From Octopus vulgaris (taxonomy: Eukaryota), in NCBI GenBank assembly GCA_951406725.2, contig OX597814.1, forward strand, positions 2,728,001 through 2,792,000: 64,000 nt of DNA, written 5' to 3'. Shown here in pieces: positions 13,366-26,995 of this stretch (position 1 is the first letter of the stretch; each line of letters opens with the position of its first letter). The position numbers and the translations under genes are program-made. The notes beneath the pieces are model-generated. The model was not told the origin of the DNA. It saw only the letters and a program-made list of their open reading frames with translations, and did not search any database.

Positions 13366-13525
13366 GGTGCTGGCCGGATCGGAGTGATATCGACATTAAA
13401 CAGCCGAAATTACTAAGATGATCCGGTTCCCGACTGAAGATTAGAGGCTTCAAGTGACCCGTCGGTTTTTTGTATCGTCTCCTTGTGTGTTTTTGCGTTC
13501 TTGTCCCACTTTGTAATTTATATTT
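13366..13525 (+). mobile_element. Small repeat in TA/CA microsatellite, Penelope-pLTR-like
   Basis: CAGCCGAAATT...GATGATCCGGTTC..GACTGAAGATTAGAGGCTTC; reverse copies at 31115-31230 and partial 23350-23410. Confidence 0.6.
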
Positions 13526-13538
13526 TATATTAAATTCT

Positions 13539-13626
<88 letters not shown>

Positions 13627-13689
13627 ATATATATATATATATACATATACACATATATATATATATATATATGATTCACAGACATACAG

Positions 13690-14288
13690 GTACACGGCAA
13701 ACTTCATTGTAGTTTTCATCTTCCAAATTCTTTGCAAAAGACTGGAGGCTATATTACAAAGCATTTACCCAAATTGTCAGACAGCTGGATCGATCCTGTG
13801 ACACAGTCATATATTATATTTCTCTTTGCCACCCGCGGTACAAAATAAATTTTGTGTCTTGAGTCATCACTTTAGAGGTTGGATGTCATGAGATGTGGTC
13901 TCTCCACTCATGTTTGAACTCAGTGAAGCTGCGTTGGGAATCAAGTCAATACTAATCAGCGGTGACCGTGCGCTTTGATATCGGATCAGCTGTCCAGTCA
14001 AAGGACACAGAATTTCATTTGGAACAGGCTTCGTGGTGAATAGGAACGGGAGCGTGGATAGGGACAGTATGCTTACTCTCACACAGAAATGGGCTGTGAG
14101 GAAGCAACCTCTGACAGGTGGGAACCGACGAAGCGCCTTTCCAACACAAATTTGTTCAGTTTTTTGCGATCTTCCGTTTCGCTTCTTGTAGAAGGATGCG
14201 TTCGACTGAACTCCACAGTCTCTCTGCTGCCAACATATGAACTCCCTCTGCACAAATCCTGAGGGTAATGATTTATAGGTATATGCTG
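13690..14288 (-). pseudogene. Probable decayed LINE ORF2 fragment (CR1/Jockey-like, between endonuclease and RT)
   Basis: Weak frame-shifted similarity: [30 protein letters not shown]. Confidence 0.35.
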
Positions 14289-14606
14289 CTGGGGTTCCCA
14301 ACCGGCGTCCACTCGGACCTCTAAGGGTCTACAGAAGCTTTAAGGGGGTCCACGAGTAAAAAATTGTAATTTGTGGGTCCATATATAAATTTTGTTTACT
14401 AGGAGACGTACCTGTATTTATTGAAATTTTCAAGATTTGTATTTGGAATTTCTGTTATGAATATAACGAAATTGTTTCATTGTTAGTTTTTACTAACCTA
14501 CAAACAAATATTTTATTTCAAAACTTTACATGTGCATATATGGGGTCCACAGATGATAAGATAGCTCTCAGGGGGTTCACAAGCAAAATAAGTTTGGGAA
14601 CCCCTG
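14289..14606. mobile_element. hAT/Charlie-like MITE
   Basis: TIRs CTGGGGTTCCCAA / TTGGGAACCCCTG; internal GGGGTCCAC subrepeats; no clear TSD. Confidence 0.75.
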
Positions 14607-14771
14607 GTCTAGCATCTGGAATTATTTCTGATCTGTAATCTGGTGTTTTCGACTTGATATCAGACCCACTTCCTTTCAAAAAGTTGCATTCTTCATGAAG
14701 CGTAGCCCATGGTTGGGTGTCCAGCATCTATAATGGGGTCAGTCCATCTTAATATTTTATGGGGATAACTG

Positions 14772-15090
14772 ACTCTCCGTCGGTTACGACGACGAGTGTC
14801 CCGGTTAATCCGATCAACGGAAAAACCTGCTCGTGAAATTAACGTGCAAGTGGCTGAGTGCACCACAGACTCTCTACCCTTAATGTAGTTTTCAGGGAGA
14901 TACAGTGTGACATAGAATGTGACAAGGCTGTCCCCTTTCAATTACAGGTACCGCTCATTTTTGCCAGCTGTGTGGACTGGAGCAACGTGAAATAAAGTGT
15001 CTTGCTCAAGGACACAACGCATAGCCGGGAATCGAACTCACTACGTTACGATCGTGAGCCGAACACCCTAACCACTAAGCCACGCGTCCT
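14772..15090 (-). mobile_element. CORE-like SINE, head B + tail X
   Basis: Minus strand GCGTGGCTTAGTGGTTAGGG..GAGTTCGATTCC..GTGTCCTTGAGCAAGACACTT. Confidence 0.88.
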
Positions 15091-15289
15091 CACACATTCT
15101 ATAAGGATCTGGTAGAGGGAATGAGAGAAATAATCTGACCACCATGCTTCGGAGGAAATTTTCTTCTTCGCAGTGGAATCAAAGAGCCTGATCGTCCGAG
15201 GATTCCGTATAAGAACGGAAGTGCTGCAAATAACCAATGTTCCAAACAGCAAGAGAAAGAATGCTGAAAGTGTTCCTGGTCGTATCTAT

Positions 15290-15474
15290 TCTTTTATTTG
15301 TTTCAGTCATTTGACTGCGGCCATGCTGGAGCACCGCCTTTAGTCGAGAAAATATCGGCCCCAGGAATTATTCTTTGTAAGCCTAGTACTTATTCGATCG
15401 GTCTCTTTTGCCGAACCGCTAAGTGACGGGGACGTAAACACACCAGCATCAATTGTCAAGCGATGGTGGGGGCA

Positions 15475-15565
<91 letters not shown>

Positions 15566-15737
15566 TATATATACTGTGGGCTTCTTTCAGCTTCTGTCTA
15601 CCAAATCCACTCACAAGGCTTTGGTCGGCCCGAGGCTATAGCAGAAGACACTTGTCCCAAGGTACCACGCAATGGTACTGAACCCGAAACCATGTGGTTG
15701 GTAAGGAAGCTACTTACCACACAGCCACTCGTGCGCC
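15290..15737 (-). mobile_element. Dominant bipartite SINE
   Basis: Reverse complement of 4213/8450 copies, with internal (CA)n(TA)n. Confidence 0.92.
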
Positions 15738-15896
15738 TATTTGTAAAGTTTTAAACAAAAATTCTGAAAGAGGCCAGATTCTTCACAACCAAGGAATTTG
15801 GTTTCGGTTACAACATTCGCGAGGGAACATTTTAAAACGATCGATAAGTCTGTGCCTAAATCTGGAAAGTGGCACCGATTTAAATATTTCTTCAAA

Positions 15897-16197
15897 TCTT
15901 TATATATAAAAGTGAAGTTGTGTGAGTGTCTGTCTCCTACGATTTAGATTCTTAACTACTCCCACATTTTGCGGTGCAGTTTAACCAAAAGCGGGTATCT
16001 TATAGTCGTGATTCATATCAAGCCCTTCTGGGTATTAGCGCGCGTCTACGATGAGTCTACGATTTAAAAAAAATTTACCATCATTTTTTCCCATTTTTAA
16101 TGCATTTTTTTGCTATTATATAAGGGAAGTAACTCTCTAAAATGCTTATATAGTTATTTCCCTTACAAACCCGAGCAATGCCAGGCGATACTGCTAG
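15897..16197 (+). mobile_element. Non-autonomous Helitron
   Basis: A^TCTTTATATATAAAA 5' end, subterminal CCCGAGCAATGCCAGG hairpin-like motif, CTAG^T 3' end. Confidence 0.75.
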
Positions 16198-16898
16198 TAA
16201 CGTTTAAAAGAATGTCGATTCGGTCAGTTTATGATCTTCTACAGAACAATAAATCTTTAAATAAATATTTCACTCGGCAAAAGAGAAAAAAAAAAAAAAA
16301 GCACCGAAAAAGAAAAAAAAAAACGCACAAAGAAAGAAAGAAAGAAGGAAAGGCTACGAGTAGATAAAGAAAGAGTGAATTAAATCTATTCCATTTGACG
16401 AAACGTCAAACCAGATCATTTCAACGTGACACTGATAGATTACTAAATACTTTGAGAATCGTTAATGTTGTCGTCATGGTGAAGATATCGCTGTGTTTAG
16501 TATTGATCCGAATGACACAAGTTTGTGGAGAGAGACTAGCGAAGCCGATGTGACAATATCTAGATTTGCTGTCTAGAGTCATTCTTCAATGACAAAACCA
16601 CATTTGTCATGTTTACAAGTGCGCTGCCATGAAGAATATAGTTCTCAACAGCTATTCAATAATCTCTCCTTCTTACCCTGTGCGTCTTATAATCGATCTG
16701 TCTGTCTTTCTATCTGACGATGTTAGATTATGTCAAAATAGGTAAAATCCGATATTTTAATTTAAGCTATTAATTGATATGATCCGTAAATATATTTTAA
16801 TTTAGTGTCGTTTGCTGTTTGGTTATTTAAACGAAGAACCTGTGAAATTCGCATTAAAGTAAAACTATTTTTTTATCCTCTCTCTCTCTCTCTCTCTA

Positions 16899-17015
16899 GT
16901 TTCAGCTCAGAGCCGCGGCCATGCTGATGCACCGCCGTTATGGTCACAATTGTTTTGATATTGATTTACAATATAGATGAATCGATTACCTACATACTAT
17001 ATCGATCTCAGTACT
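16899..17015 (-). mobile_element. SINE 3' fragment with the shared LINE-type tail
   Basis: Minus strand GGCGGTGCATCAGCATGGCCGCGGCTCTGAGCTGAAAC then (AG)n. Confidence 0.6.
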
Positions 17016-17200
17016 TCGATGGTGCATGAGTTACAGCTTAGCGTGGGTGTGTGTCCCTCTCCCCCGCCTCATCTCTCTCTCTCTACCCTTTGTGTTATGA
17101 ACAGCGACACCGGCTCCAAACCAGCAGCGGAGCTGAGAAGACATCAGGAAGTCTTCTTCTTTTCATACAACCAGTGTAAAGTTTGTACAAAGTACAGTCG

Positions 17201-17375
17201 TAGGCGTGGCTGTGTGGCAAGAAGCTTGCTTCCCACCCACATGGTTCCGGGTTCAGGCCCACTATTATATATATACATATATATATATATGTGTGTGTTT
17301 GTCCACCCACCATCGTTTGACGACCGATGTTGGTATGCTTACGTCTCCGTAACCTAGCGGTTCAGCAAAAGAGGT
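17201..17375 (+). mobile_element. Dominant SINE, internally deleted
   Basis: GGCGTGGCTGTGTGGCAAGAAGCTTGCTT..GGTTCCGGGTTCAG. Confidence 0.75.
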
Positions 17376-17461
17376 CTATAGCATAGAGTTAGTTTACCAA
17401 ATTCTCCATTTTTCAAAATTCATTGAAGCAAAAGCGAATGTTTCAACAAGCTATTTTTTTA

Positions 17462-17667
17462 TTCGTTTATTTGTTTTAGTCATTTGACTGCGGCCATGCT
17501 GGAGCACCGCCTTTTAGTCGAACAATATCGACCCCAGGACTTATTCTTTGTAAGCCTAGTACTTATTCTATCGGTCGCTTTTGCCGAACCGCTAATTTAC
17601 GGGGACGTAAACACAGCAGCATCGGTTGTCAAGCGATGGGGGGGGGGACACAAACACAGACACACAA

Positions 17668-17726
<59 letters not shown>

Positions 17727-17878
17727 CGACGGGCTTCTTTCAGTTTCCGTCTTCCAAATCCACTCACAAGGCTTTGGTCGGCCCGAGGCTATAGCAAAAG
17801 ACACTTGCCCAAGGTGCCACGCAGTGGGACTGAACCTGGAACCATGTGGCAGGTAAGCAAGCTACTTACCATACAGGC
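17462..17878 (-). mobile_element. Dominant bipartite SINE
   Basis: Reverse complement match to family consensus. Confidence 0.9.
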
Positions 17879-17924
17879 TGCAAAACCATTAACGTGATCT
17901 TAATTAAAATACCAGTGTAATAAC

Positions 17925-18125
17925 CGTTTCTGCTATAGGCACAAGGCCTGAAATTTGGAGGGGTAGGGTAGTTGATTATATCGGCTCCTGTACCTGACGG
18001 GTACTTCTTTTATATGACCTCAAAAGCATACATGGCAAAGTCGACTTAGGAGGGATTTGAACTCACAACGTAAATGCTGCGAGGCATTTCGTGCGGCGTA
18101 TTAACGATTCTAGCAACTCGTCATC
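17925..18125 (-). mobile_element. Diverged Meta-like SINE
   Basis: GGCAAAGTCGACTTAGGAGGGATTTGAACTCACAACG. Confidence 0.6.
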
Positions 18126-18345
18126 TTAAAAACTAGATTAATAAGGATTTTAAATATTGGCAGAAGGTCAGCAATTTCGTGGTGGGGTAGGGAGTATTAT
18201 GACGATTTTATAGACTCCACCACTCACCGAAATGATAAAAGGCAACGTCATTCTCAGAAGAGTTTGAATTCAGAAGGTAAAAACGGACCAAATGCCGCTC
18301 AGCATTTTGTACGGTTCACCTCCTTAAACCAGAATTATTTTAAAA

Positions 18346-18680
18346 GCGGTGAGCTGACAGAAACGTTAGCACGCCGGGCGAAATTCTTAGCGGTATTTCG
18401 TCTGCCACTACGTCCTGAGTTCAAATTCCGCCGAGGTCGACTTTGCCTTTCATCCTTTCGGGGTCGATTAAATAAGTACCAGTTACGCACTGGGGTCGAT
18501 ATAATCGACTTAATCCCTTTGTCTGTCCTTGTTTGTCCTCTATATGTTTAGCCCCTTGTGGGTAGTAAACAAATAGGTATTCCGTCTGTCTTTAAAGTAC
18601 CAGTTGTGTACTGAGGTCTATCTAATCGACTGGCCCCTCTCCTCCCAAAATGTCGGGCATTGTGCCGAGAGTAGAAAAGA
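18346..18680 (+). mobile_element. Meta-like SINE
   Basis: GCGGTGAGCTGACAGAAACGTTAGCACGCCGGGCGAAAT...GCCTTTCATCCTTTCGGGGTCG. Confidence 0.88.
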
Positions 18681-18912
18681 ATATTTTAGCTAAATTCTTC
18701 CTTGTTTTCAAACCGACTCTTTTTCAGTGAAGGAAAGAGAGACATTTGTTTGTTATATCGGGCAGGTCAAACGAGAGCACAGAATCTCTCCGTTGGTTTC
18801 AGAAGTTTATAAATAAAAGTTAATAAAATACTATAAATTTCCTCCATAAATCAGAGATACTACTATAAGTACTAAACAGTGAATTAATACAGTAAATACA
18901 ATAAGACAGCCC

Positions 18913-18950
<38 letters not shown>

Positions 18951-19686
18951 GAGGGAGAAAGGAGGAAAGATAAAGGGGAAGAGAAAAAGAAAGAAAGAGG
19001 AATGTAAAAGAGAGAGCAGGACAATCCATGAGAAATATGGAATTATTACCCGAATACCATAAACTTATAGCACCAACTTATATTCTTCGGCCCTCTCCCA
19101 CTTCAGGTGGCCTGCTTTAAGACTGGCCTCTACTTAAGGCTGGTTGTATTAGCTCTCTGTAGGGTGCTGCCACTTATAACCCCTGAGAGTTCATCTGAGG
19201 ACAAGACGAACAATCTCGAGAATTGTCACTTTGTTCGTCTGCACCCTTTTCGCTTTTTTTCTTTTTTTCTTTTCACCCTTCCTTTCTTTCTTTCTTTCTT
19301 TCTCGACAGTTCTTTGGTGGATGAAAGTCTGGGAATCCTTTCAGCAAAATTAAGAAATTGTCTTTTTACCATCGTTGCTTTAGATGTGTATGTGTGTGTG
19401 TGTGTATGTATGTACATATATTTTTCGGCAATAACTTTTGAGGCAATGAAATAAGCCCGCCTTCCGTTTGTTTTTTTTTCTTTTAAGTAATACACAAACC
19501 GATACAGACATACAAATACACACACACTCACGCAATTACTCCTTACACACATGTCACAACATGCTTGTACAGTCACATACACACACAAGTACGCACACAT
19601 AGAAGTGAATACGCATGCTTCTACAAACTCAAAACATCCTCGGACCCAAAGCTGTATATACATACAAAATTCTCACACGTATATAT

Positions 19687-20098
19687 ACTCTTTTACTCTT
19701 TTACTTGTTTCAGTCATTTGACTGCGGCCATGCTGGAGCACCGCCTTTAGTCGAGCAAATCAACCCCGGGACTTATTCTTTGTAAGCTTAGTACTTATTC
19801 TATCGGTTTCTTTTGCCGAACCGCTAAGTGACGAGGACGTAAACACACCAGCATCGGTTGTCAAGCAATGCTAGGGGGACAAACACAGACACACAAACAT
19901 ACGCACACACATATATATATATACATACATATCTACGACGGGCTTCTTTCAGTTTCCGTCTACCAAATCCACTCACAAGGCATTGGTCGGCCCGGGGTTA
20001 TAGTAGAAGACACTTGCCCAAGATGCCACGCAGTGGGACTGAACCCGGAACCATGTGGTTGGTAAGCAAGCTACTTACCACACAGCCACTCCTGCGCC
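19687..20098 (-). mobile_element. Dominant bipartite SINE, full length
   Basis: Reverse complement match, head to tail. Confidence 0.92.
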
Positions 20099-20567
20099 TA
20101 TATGTATATGTATTCCCACAAACACACAAACTTAAACACATACATACATACATACATACATACATACATACATACATACATACATACATACATACATTCA
20201 TTGTTGTTGATGTTGAAATTGCAATGAAGGAGCCTTGGATTTAGGTTAGAAACCGGTTCTTTTTCTATTGGTAAAAAGATCGTGAAATAAAACTCAACAA
20301 TGATATACATACACCCAAATATGCGTACGTACATCCATCTATACGTATATATGCATATAGATAGATCGATCGATCGATCGATAAATAGAGAGAGGGAGAG
20401 AGAGAGAGTCAGATAGATACATAGATACAGACGTACACATACGTATACATACATACGAATATATACATACGTGTGTATATACATATTGATAGAAATTTTA
20501 AGACAACAAAAGAATGAAAGACACCACGATATTATGTAAATAGACGAATTTATCTGTAAATATAATA

Positions 20568-20994
20568 TGTGACAATTATTCGGTAGCCATGATAAAACTC
20601 CGAGTTTCGGATGTCGGGGCGGAAACCCAAGCCGGCATCTCTTCAGTTGTCGGGCTATCGAAAAAATGCTACGAAAATGACCGTTAAACAAAGGGAAATT
20701 GCTATGTAATTGACAAAAGTGTTATTTGAATGACCGTTAAGTAAGGGGAGGGAGTAAAAATATTACTATGAGTATTTTTACTCCCTTACCTTTACTCCCT
20801 CCCCATACTTAGTGGTCATCCTAATAGCTCTTTCGTCTTAATAACGGTCAGTCACACAGTAATTTCCCTTTCTTTAACAGTCATTTCCATAGCATATTTT
20901 TCGATGGCCCGATAAGTGAAGAGATGCCGGCTTGGGTTTCCGCACCGACATCCGAAACTCGGATTTTTATCATGGCTACCGAATAATTGCCACA
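20568..20994. mobile_element. ~427-bp fold-back MITE, near-complete imperfect palindrome
   Basis: TGTGACAATTATTCGGTAGCCATGATAAAA... pairs with ...TTTTATCATGGCTACCGAATAATTGCCACA; ~200-bp arms. Confidence 0.8.
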
Positions 20995-21142
20995 GGAGTG
21001 GCTGTGTGGTAAGTAGCTTGCTAGCCAACCACATGGTTCCGGGTTCAGTCCCACTGCGTGGCATCTCTTCTGCTATAGCCCTGGGCCGACCAATGCCTTG
21101 TGAGTGGATTTGGTAGACGGAAACTGAAAGAAGCCTGTCGTA

Positions 21143-21225
<83 letters not shown>

Positions 21226-21453
21226 TTGTTTGTTTGTGTGTCTGTGTTTGTCCCCCTAGCATTGCTTGACAACCGATGTTGGTGTGTTTATGTGCCCGTT
21301 ACTTAGCGGTTCGGCAAAACAGACCGATAGAATAAGTACTGGGCTTACAAAAAGAATAAGTCCCGGGGTCGAGTTGCTCAATTAAAGGCGGTGCTCCAGC
21401 ATTGCCGCAATCAAATGACTGAAACAAGTAAAAGAGTAAAAGAGTAAAAGAGT
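20993..21453 (+). mobile_element. Dominant bipartite SINE
   Basis: CAGGAGTGGCTGTGTGG to (GTAAAAGA)n. Confidence 0.9.
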
Positions 21454-21592
21454 ATATATATATATACATATATATGTACACGTATATATGTACATATATA
21501 TACACGTATATGTGTACATATGTATATATGTATGTATGTATGTATGCATGTATCTATCTATCTATATGCATATATATGTATTGTTTGTGTGT

Positions 21593-21652
<60 letters not shown>

Positions 21653-22520
21653 TGTACAAGGACGTTCTCAAAAGTAATACAAATCTGCCCCGCCTCTCCC
21701 TCGCTCCCTCACACACATACACACATAAGCATACAAGCATACGTATTCATAGATTTGTAGACATGTGTACTTCGACATACACATACACAGAAGAGACCTA
21801 CTCCTACTAAACAGATTTATACTCAAGTATCCATAGAAACAAACACATATGTACATACAAACGACTATTATACATTTTCGCATATAAGCTGTCACGTGCT
21901 TTTACAGTTTATATGAGCATAACTTCACACACACACACACACACACATACACACATAAATACATACAAATAGTCATAGGTATACACATACATATAAACAG
22001 CCTCGCACAGTGGTTGTCACACGTGCGTTGATAGCTTTCCTCACCCAACCTCGTAAATACAGAAAAAAATAGTCACTCGTTAACAAAACTACATAGAGTG
22101 AAGCATATACATATACACACACAACATCATACAAACGATATCTCTTCTATGAAATTAGGGGATAGAATCCCTCGATTGTTCCTTTTACAAGAACTCACCG
22201 AGAATTTCCTGTGGGAAACCCTTCTTCGACTGGGGCACACGTACAGATATATTATTCTTGAAGAGGTTTTTTCGGGGTGTTTTGAAAACACAAACAAAAC
22301 ACCGACCTAAAGATTAATAACATCTAATAACTGGTCCCTTTTCTTTTCATGTCTGTTAAATTGGGTCTTCAGAGTTCGTTGAGAGAAAATTCATTGGAAA
22401 CAGAAACAACGATGTTACACAAGTCATACAAATTGTTTTCAATATGAGGAACTATATAAATCCTTCACTTCTCTGCCTCTCATTCTATCATGAAAATGCG
22501 TGCATGCGCACATATATACA

Positions 22521-22563
<43 letters not shown>

Positions 22564-22574
22564 GAATATAAACG

Positions 22575-22629
<55 letters not shown>

Positions 22630-22688
22630 TAGATAAAACTTAGATATGTTTCGACCAAAGATTGGTCCAGGCCATGTCTAACTTAATA

Positions 22689-22731
<43 letters not shown>

Positions 22732-22736
22732 TATAT

Positions 22737-23019
22737 AATTATAAATTAGCGTATCTACGAGATACCACCATGCTGAAAATAGCAGCCATGATCTGACTCT
22801 AAAACCACCTTAATTGTCCATATATCAACACGGAGAAAGAGACAAGATGAAACTAGTAAAAAAATTACTAGAGTCCGATCATGGCTGCTATTTTCAGCAT
22901 GGTGGTATCTCGTAGATACCCTAATTTATAATTTTAATAATTATTACCTTTGAAGGTTATTTTTTCCATGCAGACCATTTGATAAAATCGTTATTTTATT
23001 TTTAAATTAACGACCTTAT

Positions 23020-23024
<5 letters not shown>
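22737..23024. mobile_element. Second copy of the 12963 fold-back element, in (TA)n
   Basis: Same arms and 3' extension, different spacer. Confidence 0.75.
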
Positions 23025-23071
<47 letters not shown>

Positions 23072-23072
23072 A

Positions 23073-23351
<279 letters not shown>

Positions 23352-23537
23352 AACTGGGACAAGAACGCAACAGTCAAGAACTGGATCATCCTCGCAATTT
23401 CGGCTGATTAATCATTGAAAAAATATATATCATTGAAAAATTTCGTTATAGGTATAAAGATAACATAAACAAGTATGTATGTTAAAATCAAAATTGAATT
23501 TAATACGTTGATATGTCTTTCTTTTTCGTCTCTCTTA

Positions 23538-23614
<77 letters not shown>

Positions 23615-23804
23615 TCTCCCCTTTACAACTGGTTTGTAGATATCCGATTTAATTTTTCCCGATTACCTCATTTGTTTTTCCTTATTGAATAATTTTAATT
23701 AGGAAACCCTAATCTGGAAATCTAAGTTTTAAAACTTTGATAATACATTCACTTCAATAAAACTCCGAATCGATTGCTGAATCTTCTATCCAGAAAATCC
23801 CAAG

Positions 23805-24110
23805 CTTATAATCTCAACCTTATCCCAGCCATATAATCTCAGCCTATAACCCCAACCTTAAAACCCCATTCTTGTAATCTCAATCTTGTAATCCCAATTT
23901 TGTAATCTCAATCTTATAATCTCAAACCTATAATCCAAACCTTAAAATCTCAACCTTATAATCCTAACCTTATAATCCCACCTTAAACTCTAATCTTATC
24001 ACTCCAGCCTTATAATCCTTTATTAAAATTCTAATCTTATAACCCCAGTACTATAACCCTAACCTTAAATCCTCACCCTGTAACCCCATCCTTAATATTC
24101 TACCCCTAAA
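23805..24110. repeat. Degenerate ~14-bp minisatellite (CCTTATAATCCCAA-like)
   Basis: About 20 imperfect units read directly. Confidence 0.75.
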
Positions 24111-24202
24111 AAACCTATGGCAAACTCTCAATTTTAAATTCCCAATGTTACAATTCCAATCATAGCTGGCTGTGTACGGATTTTTGCTTGTTTGTACATG
24201 TA

Positions 24203-24579
24203 CAGTGATACTTCGCAATACGAGTTTAATTCGTTCCATGACCGAGCTCGTACTATAATTCACTCGTTTTACAAATCATTGAAATTAATTAAAATATAAT
24301 TAATCCGTTCCAGCCCCCCCACCCATCACTCAAAAATAATTTTTAATGGGTTTTAAAACAGAAAAGGTGTAGTTACAAGTAAAATGTCAATTATAGAAAA
24401 GCGAATGCAAAAGAAATATGAAAACTGGTTTTATTAACTGAATTACCTTAAAGATGGGACGATTTGTGTGCTCGTACTGCGGATTTTCGCTCGTACTTAG
24501 AGACAAAAATTCGCACGAGTCTCGGCTCGTACAGCAAATTACTCGTACAACGAGGCACTCGTACTGCGAAGTTCTACTG
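24203..24579. mobile_element. Tc1/mariner (Tigger/pogo-like) MITE
   Basis: TA|CAGTGATACTTCGCAATACGAGT ... ACTCGTACTGCGAAGTTCTACTG|TA; TA TSD; CTCGTAC subrepeats. Confidence 0.85.
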
Positions 24580-25866
24580 TATTAGAATAACAAAGAAGAC
24601 ACACAGATATCTCCTTTGTCTCTATTGCGATTAACATGACATGGCATTTAGATCTTCACATCATTATCTTTTTTTTTTTTCCCCCTAAACAGTCTTCAAT
24701 AGAAACATTTCTATAATCAAGTTGCAGACAACATCACCAACAAGAATACTTCGGAAACGTAAATCTAATTTCTCTTCCATTCTTCGTCTCATTTCACTTC
24801 ATTTAGTGTTATATCTTTAACACTGCTTCAACACCTTCAGCTTATAATGTTTGACTTTATAATAAAGTAACTTCAGCGTGAACAATCATCGAACGTCGAG
24901 CTTTATAGAAAACAGAAAAAGAAGAAAAGAAAAAAAATACACACACAGATGTACACAAAGGAAGTTATTCTGACACACTTGGCTACGAGAAATGTATTTG
25001 AGATTCTCTATAAATTTACCATATATTATCTTCGCATCTCTTTGGCATTTTGCTTGATATTATTAAATATTCTTTTTAGTGACTTTCACAGAAATAAAAA
25101 AAACGAAAGCAACTCACTAACAGAGAAGAATAATTTGTTTAAAAGAGAATTTAAAAACTACAGATATTAACCCATTTTCCAGCAAAAAGAAAAAGAAAAA
25201 GAAAGAAAAAAAGCTACCGTTTCAACCTCAGGTATGCAACTCGTTTCTGGCATAGTATATAGCATCTTGGAGAATTTGATGAGTCTGTCGTTAAAAATCT
25301 GCGATATCTTTTACTTAGAAATAGATTAAAATCAATTAGTACGGGGAGTTGATGTCGCTTTCAGCTACAACAATGCTATGTCTATCAAGATATGACAAAC
25401 TGTGATACAACGCAAACACAAGAACATTACACTGTTAGAATTGCCGTGTTACAAATTATACATAATTCTTGATGTTGGTTCAGTTAATTGCTGAAATTGT
25501 AATAGTATTAATCTTTTGTTTGTATTATTTCTTCCTTCATTAACTCAATGCATAATTATTTCTTGCTAGTTTTTTCAATGCTTACTGCGTTTTATATATT
25601 AACATCAGCTCTACTAATGTTTTTTTTAAAGAACACCGTGTGTCTCAGTTATTCTCCTAATGCAGCTTTCCTACGCCAACCCGTGTACAATCTTATGCAC
25701 TTGGTGATTCCTTAATCACTAATTCGGTGCGTACGTTGAAGTCTGTGCTGTGCCGGTGACGCCATAAGGAGACGGAAACAACCCGGTCGTTATTAACAAT
25801 ACTTATCGGAATATTTAAAATAATCATCTCTTATTGACTTATGTTCGATCATCAGCACATTGATAT

Positions 25867-26271
25867 TTTACTCTTTACTCTTTTACTCTTTTCTTTCAGT
25901 CATTTGGCTGCGGCCATGCTGAAGCAACTTATAGTCGAGCAAATCGATCCCAGAGCTTATTCTTTGTAAGTTTGTACTTATTCTATCGGTCTCTTTTGCC
26001 GAGCCGCCAGGTTACGGGGACGCAAACAGACACACACACACACACACACGCGCACACACACACACATACACACACACACACATACACACACACACACATA
26101 TGTATACACGGCGGGCTTCTTCCAGTTACCGTCTCCCAAATCCACTCACAAGGCTTTAGTCGGCCCGAGACTATAGTAGAAGACACTTGCCCAAGGTGCC
26201 ACGCAGTGGGACTGAACCCGGGACCATGTGGCTGGTAAGCAAGCTACTTACCACACAGCTACTTCTGCGCC
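25867..26271 (-). mobile_element. Dominant bipartite SINE
   Basis: Reverse complement match. Confidence 0.9.
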
Positions 26272-26661
26272 TGTATCTCTTATTTTCACATTGATATTCT
26301 TTTCTATTTTCGATACACTGCATATATTATGGTGACTGTCTGGCAAAGATTGGAAGGGGCAAACGCGACATGAAATTATGGGCGACAAACTAAAGAAATA
26401 AAAATATCCATTCAAAATAATATTGATTATTGAGCTCCTCACCAAACGAAGCAAAATAATTAATTCACAGAGGTGACCTTCAATATTATAATTTCCTTTC
26501 CTGTTTTTCTTTGTTTTTTTTCTTCATCTTTCCTGCTGGTTTCTCTTATTATTCTGACCTCGAGGCTGAGTCCTCGTCAGATATTTACGCCATTGACGTA
26601 AGAAAAGTTGAAAAGTTGAAAAGTTCTTGGTTGGTCTTAATTGTGTTTCGTCACATCATAG

Positions 26662-26995
26662 GAGATCCCCTTCGGTCATGAAGGACCATGGGATTGCACC
26701 TAGAAAGTTACCTTCCGAGGCACAAGTCCGGGCAAGGTTGCTTACGGAAGGCCAGCAGCCGACCATGCATACCAGCATCCCCTTTCCACACCACTGATGT
26801 TATCCAAGGGATAAGACAAAGGGGCCGATACAGCTTGGCACCAGTGATGTCGCAACTCATTTCTACAGTTCAGTGAACTGAAGCAACGTGAAATAAAGTA
26901 TCTTGCTCAAGAACACAACACACAGCCCGGTCCAGGAATCGAACTCGCAACTTCACGATCGTAAACTCGACGCTCTAACCACTGGGCCATGCGTT
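26662..26995 (-). mobile_element. CORE-like SINE, head B with a different tail (W)
   Basis: tRNA head and GTGTTCTTGAGCAAGATACTTTATTTCACGTTGC, tail ends GTGCAATCCCATGGTCCTTCATGACCGAAGGGG. Confidence 0.8.

Noticed and set aside
22640-22680. Minus-strand CTG-GACCAA tct TTGGTC-GAAAC
   Set aside because: Core lacks ANGA and stem I; at most a decayed relic
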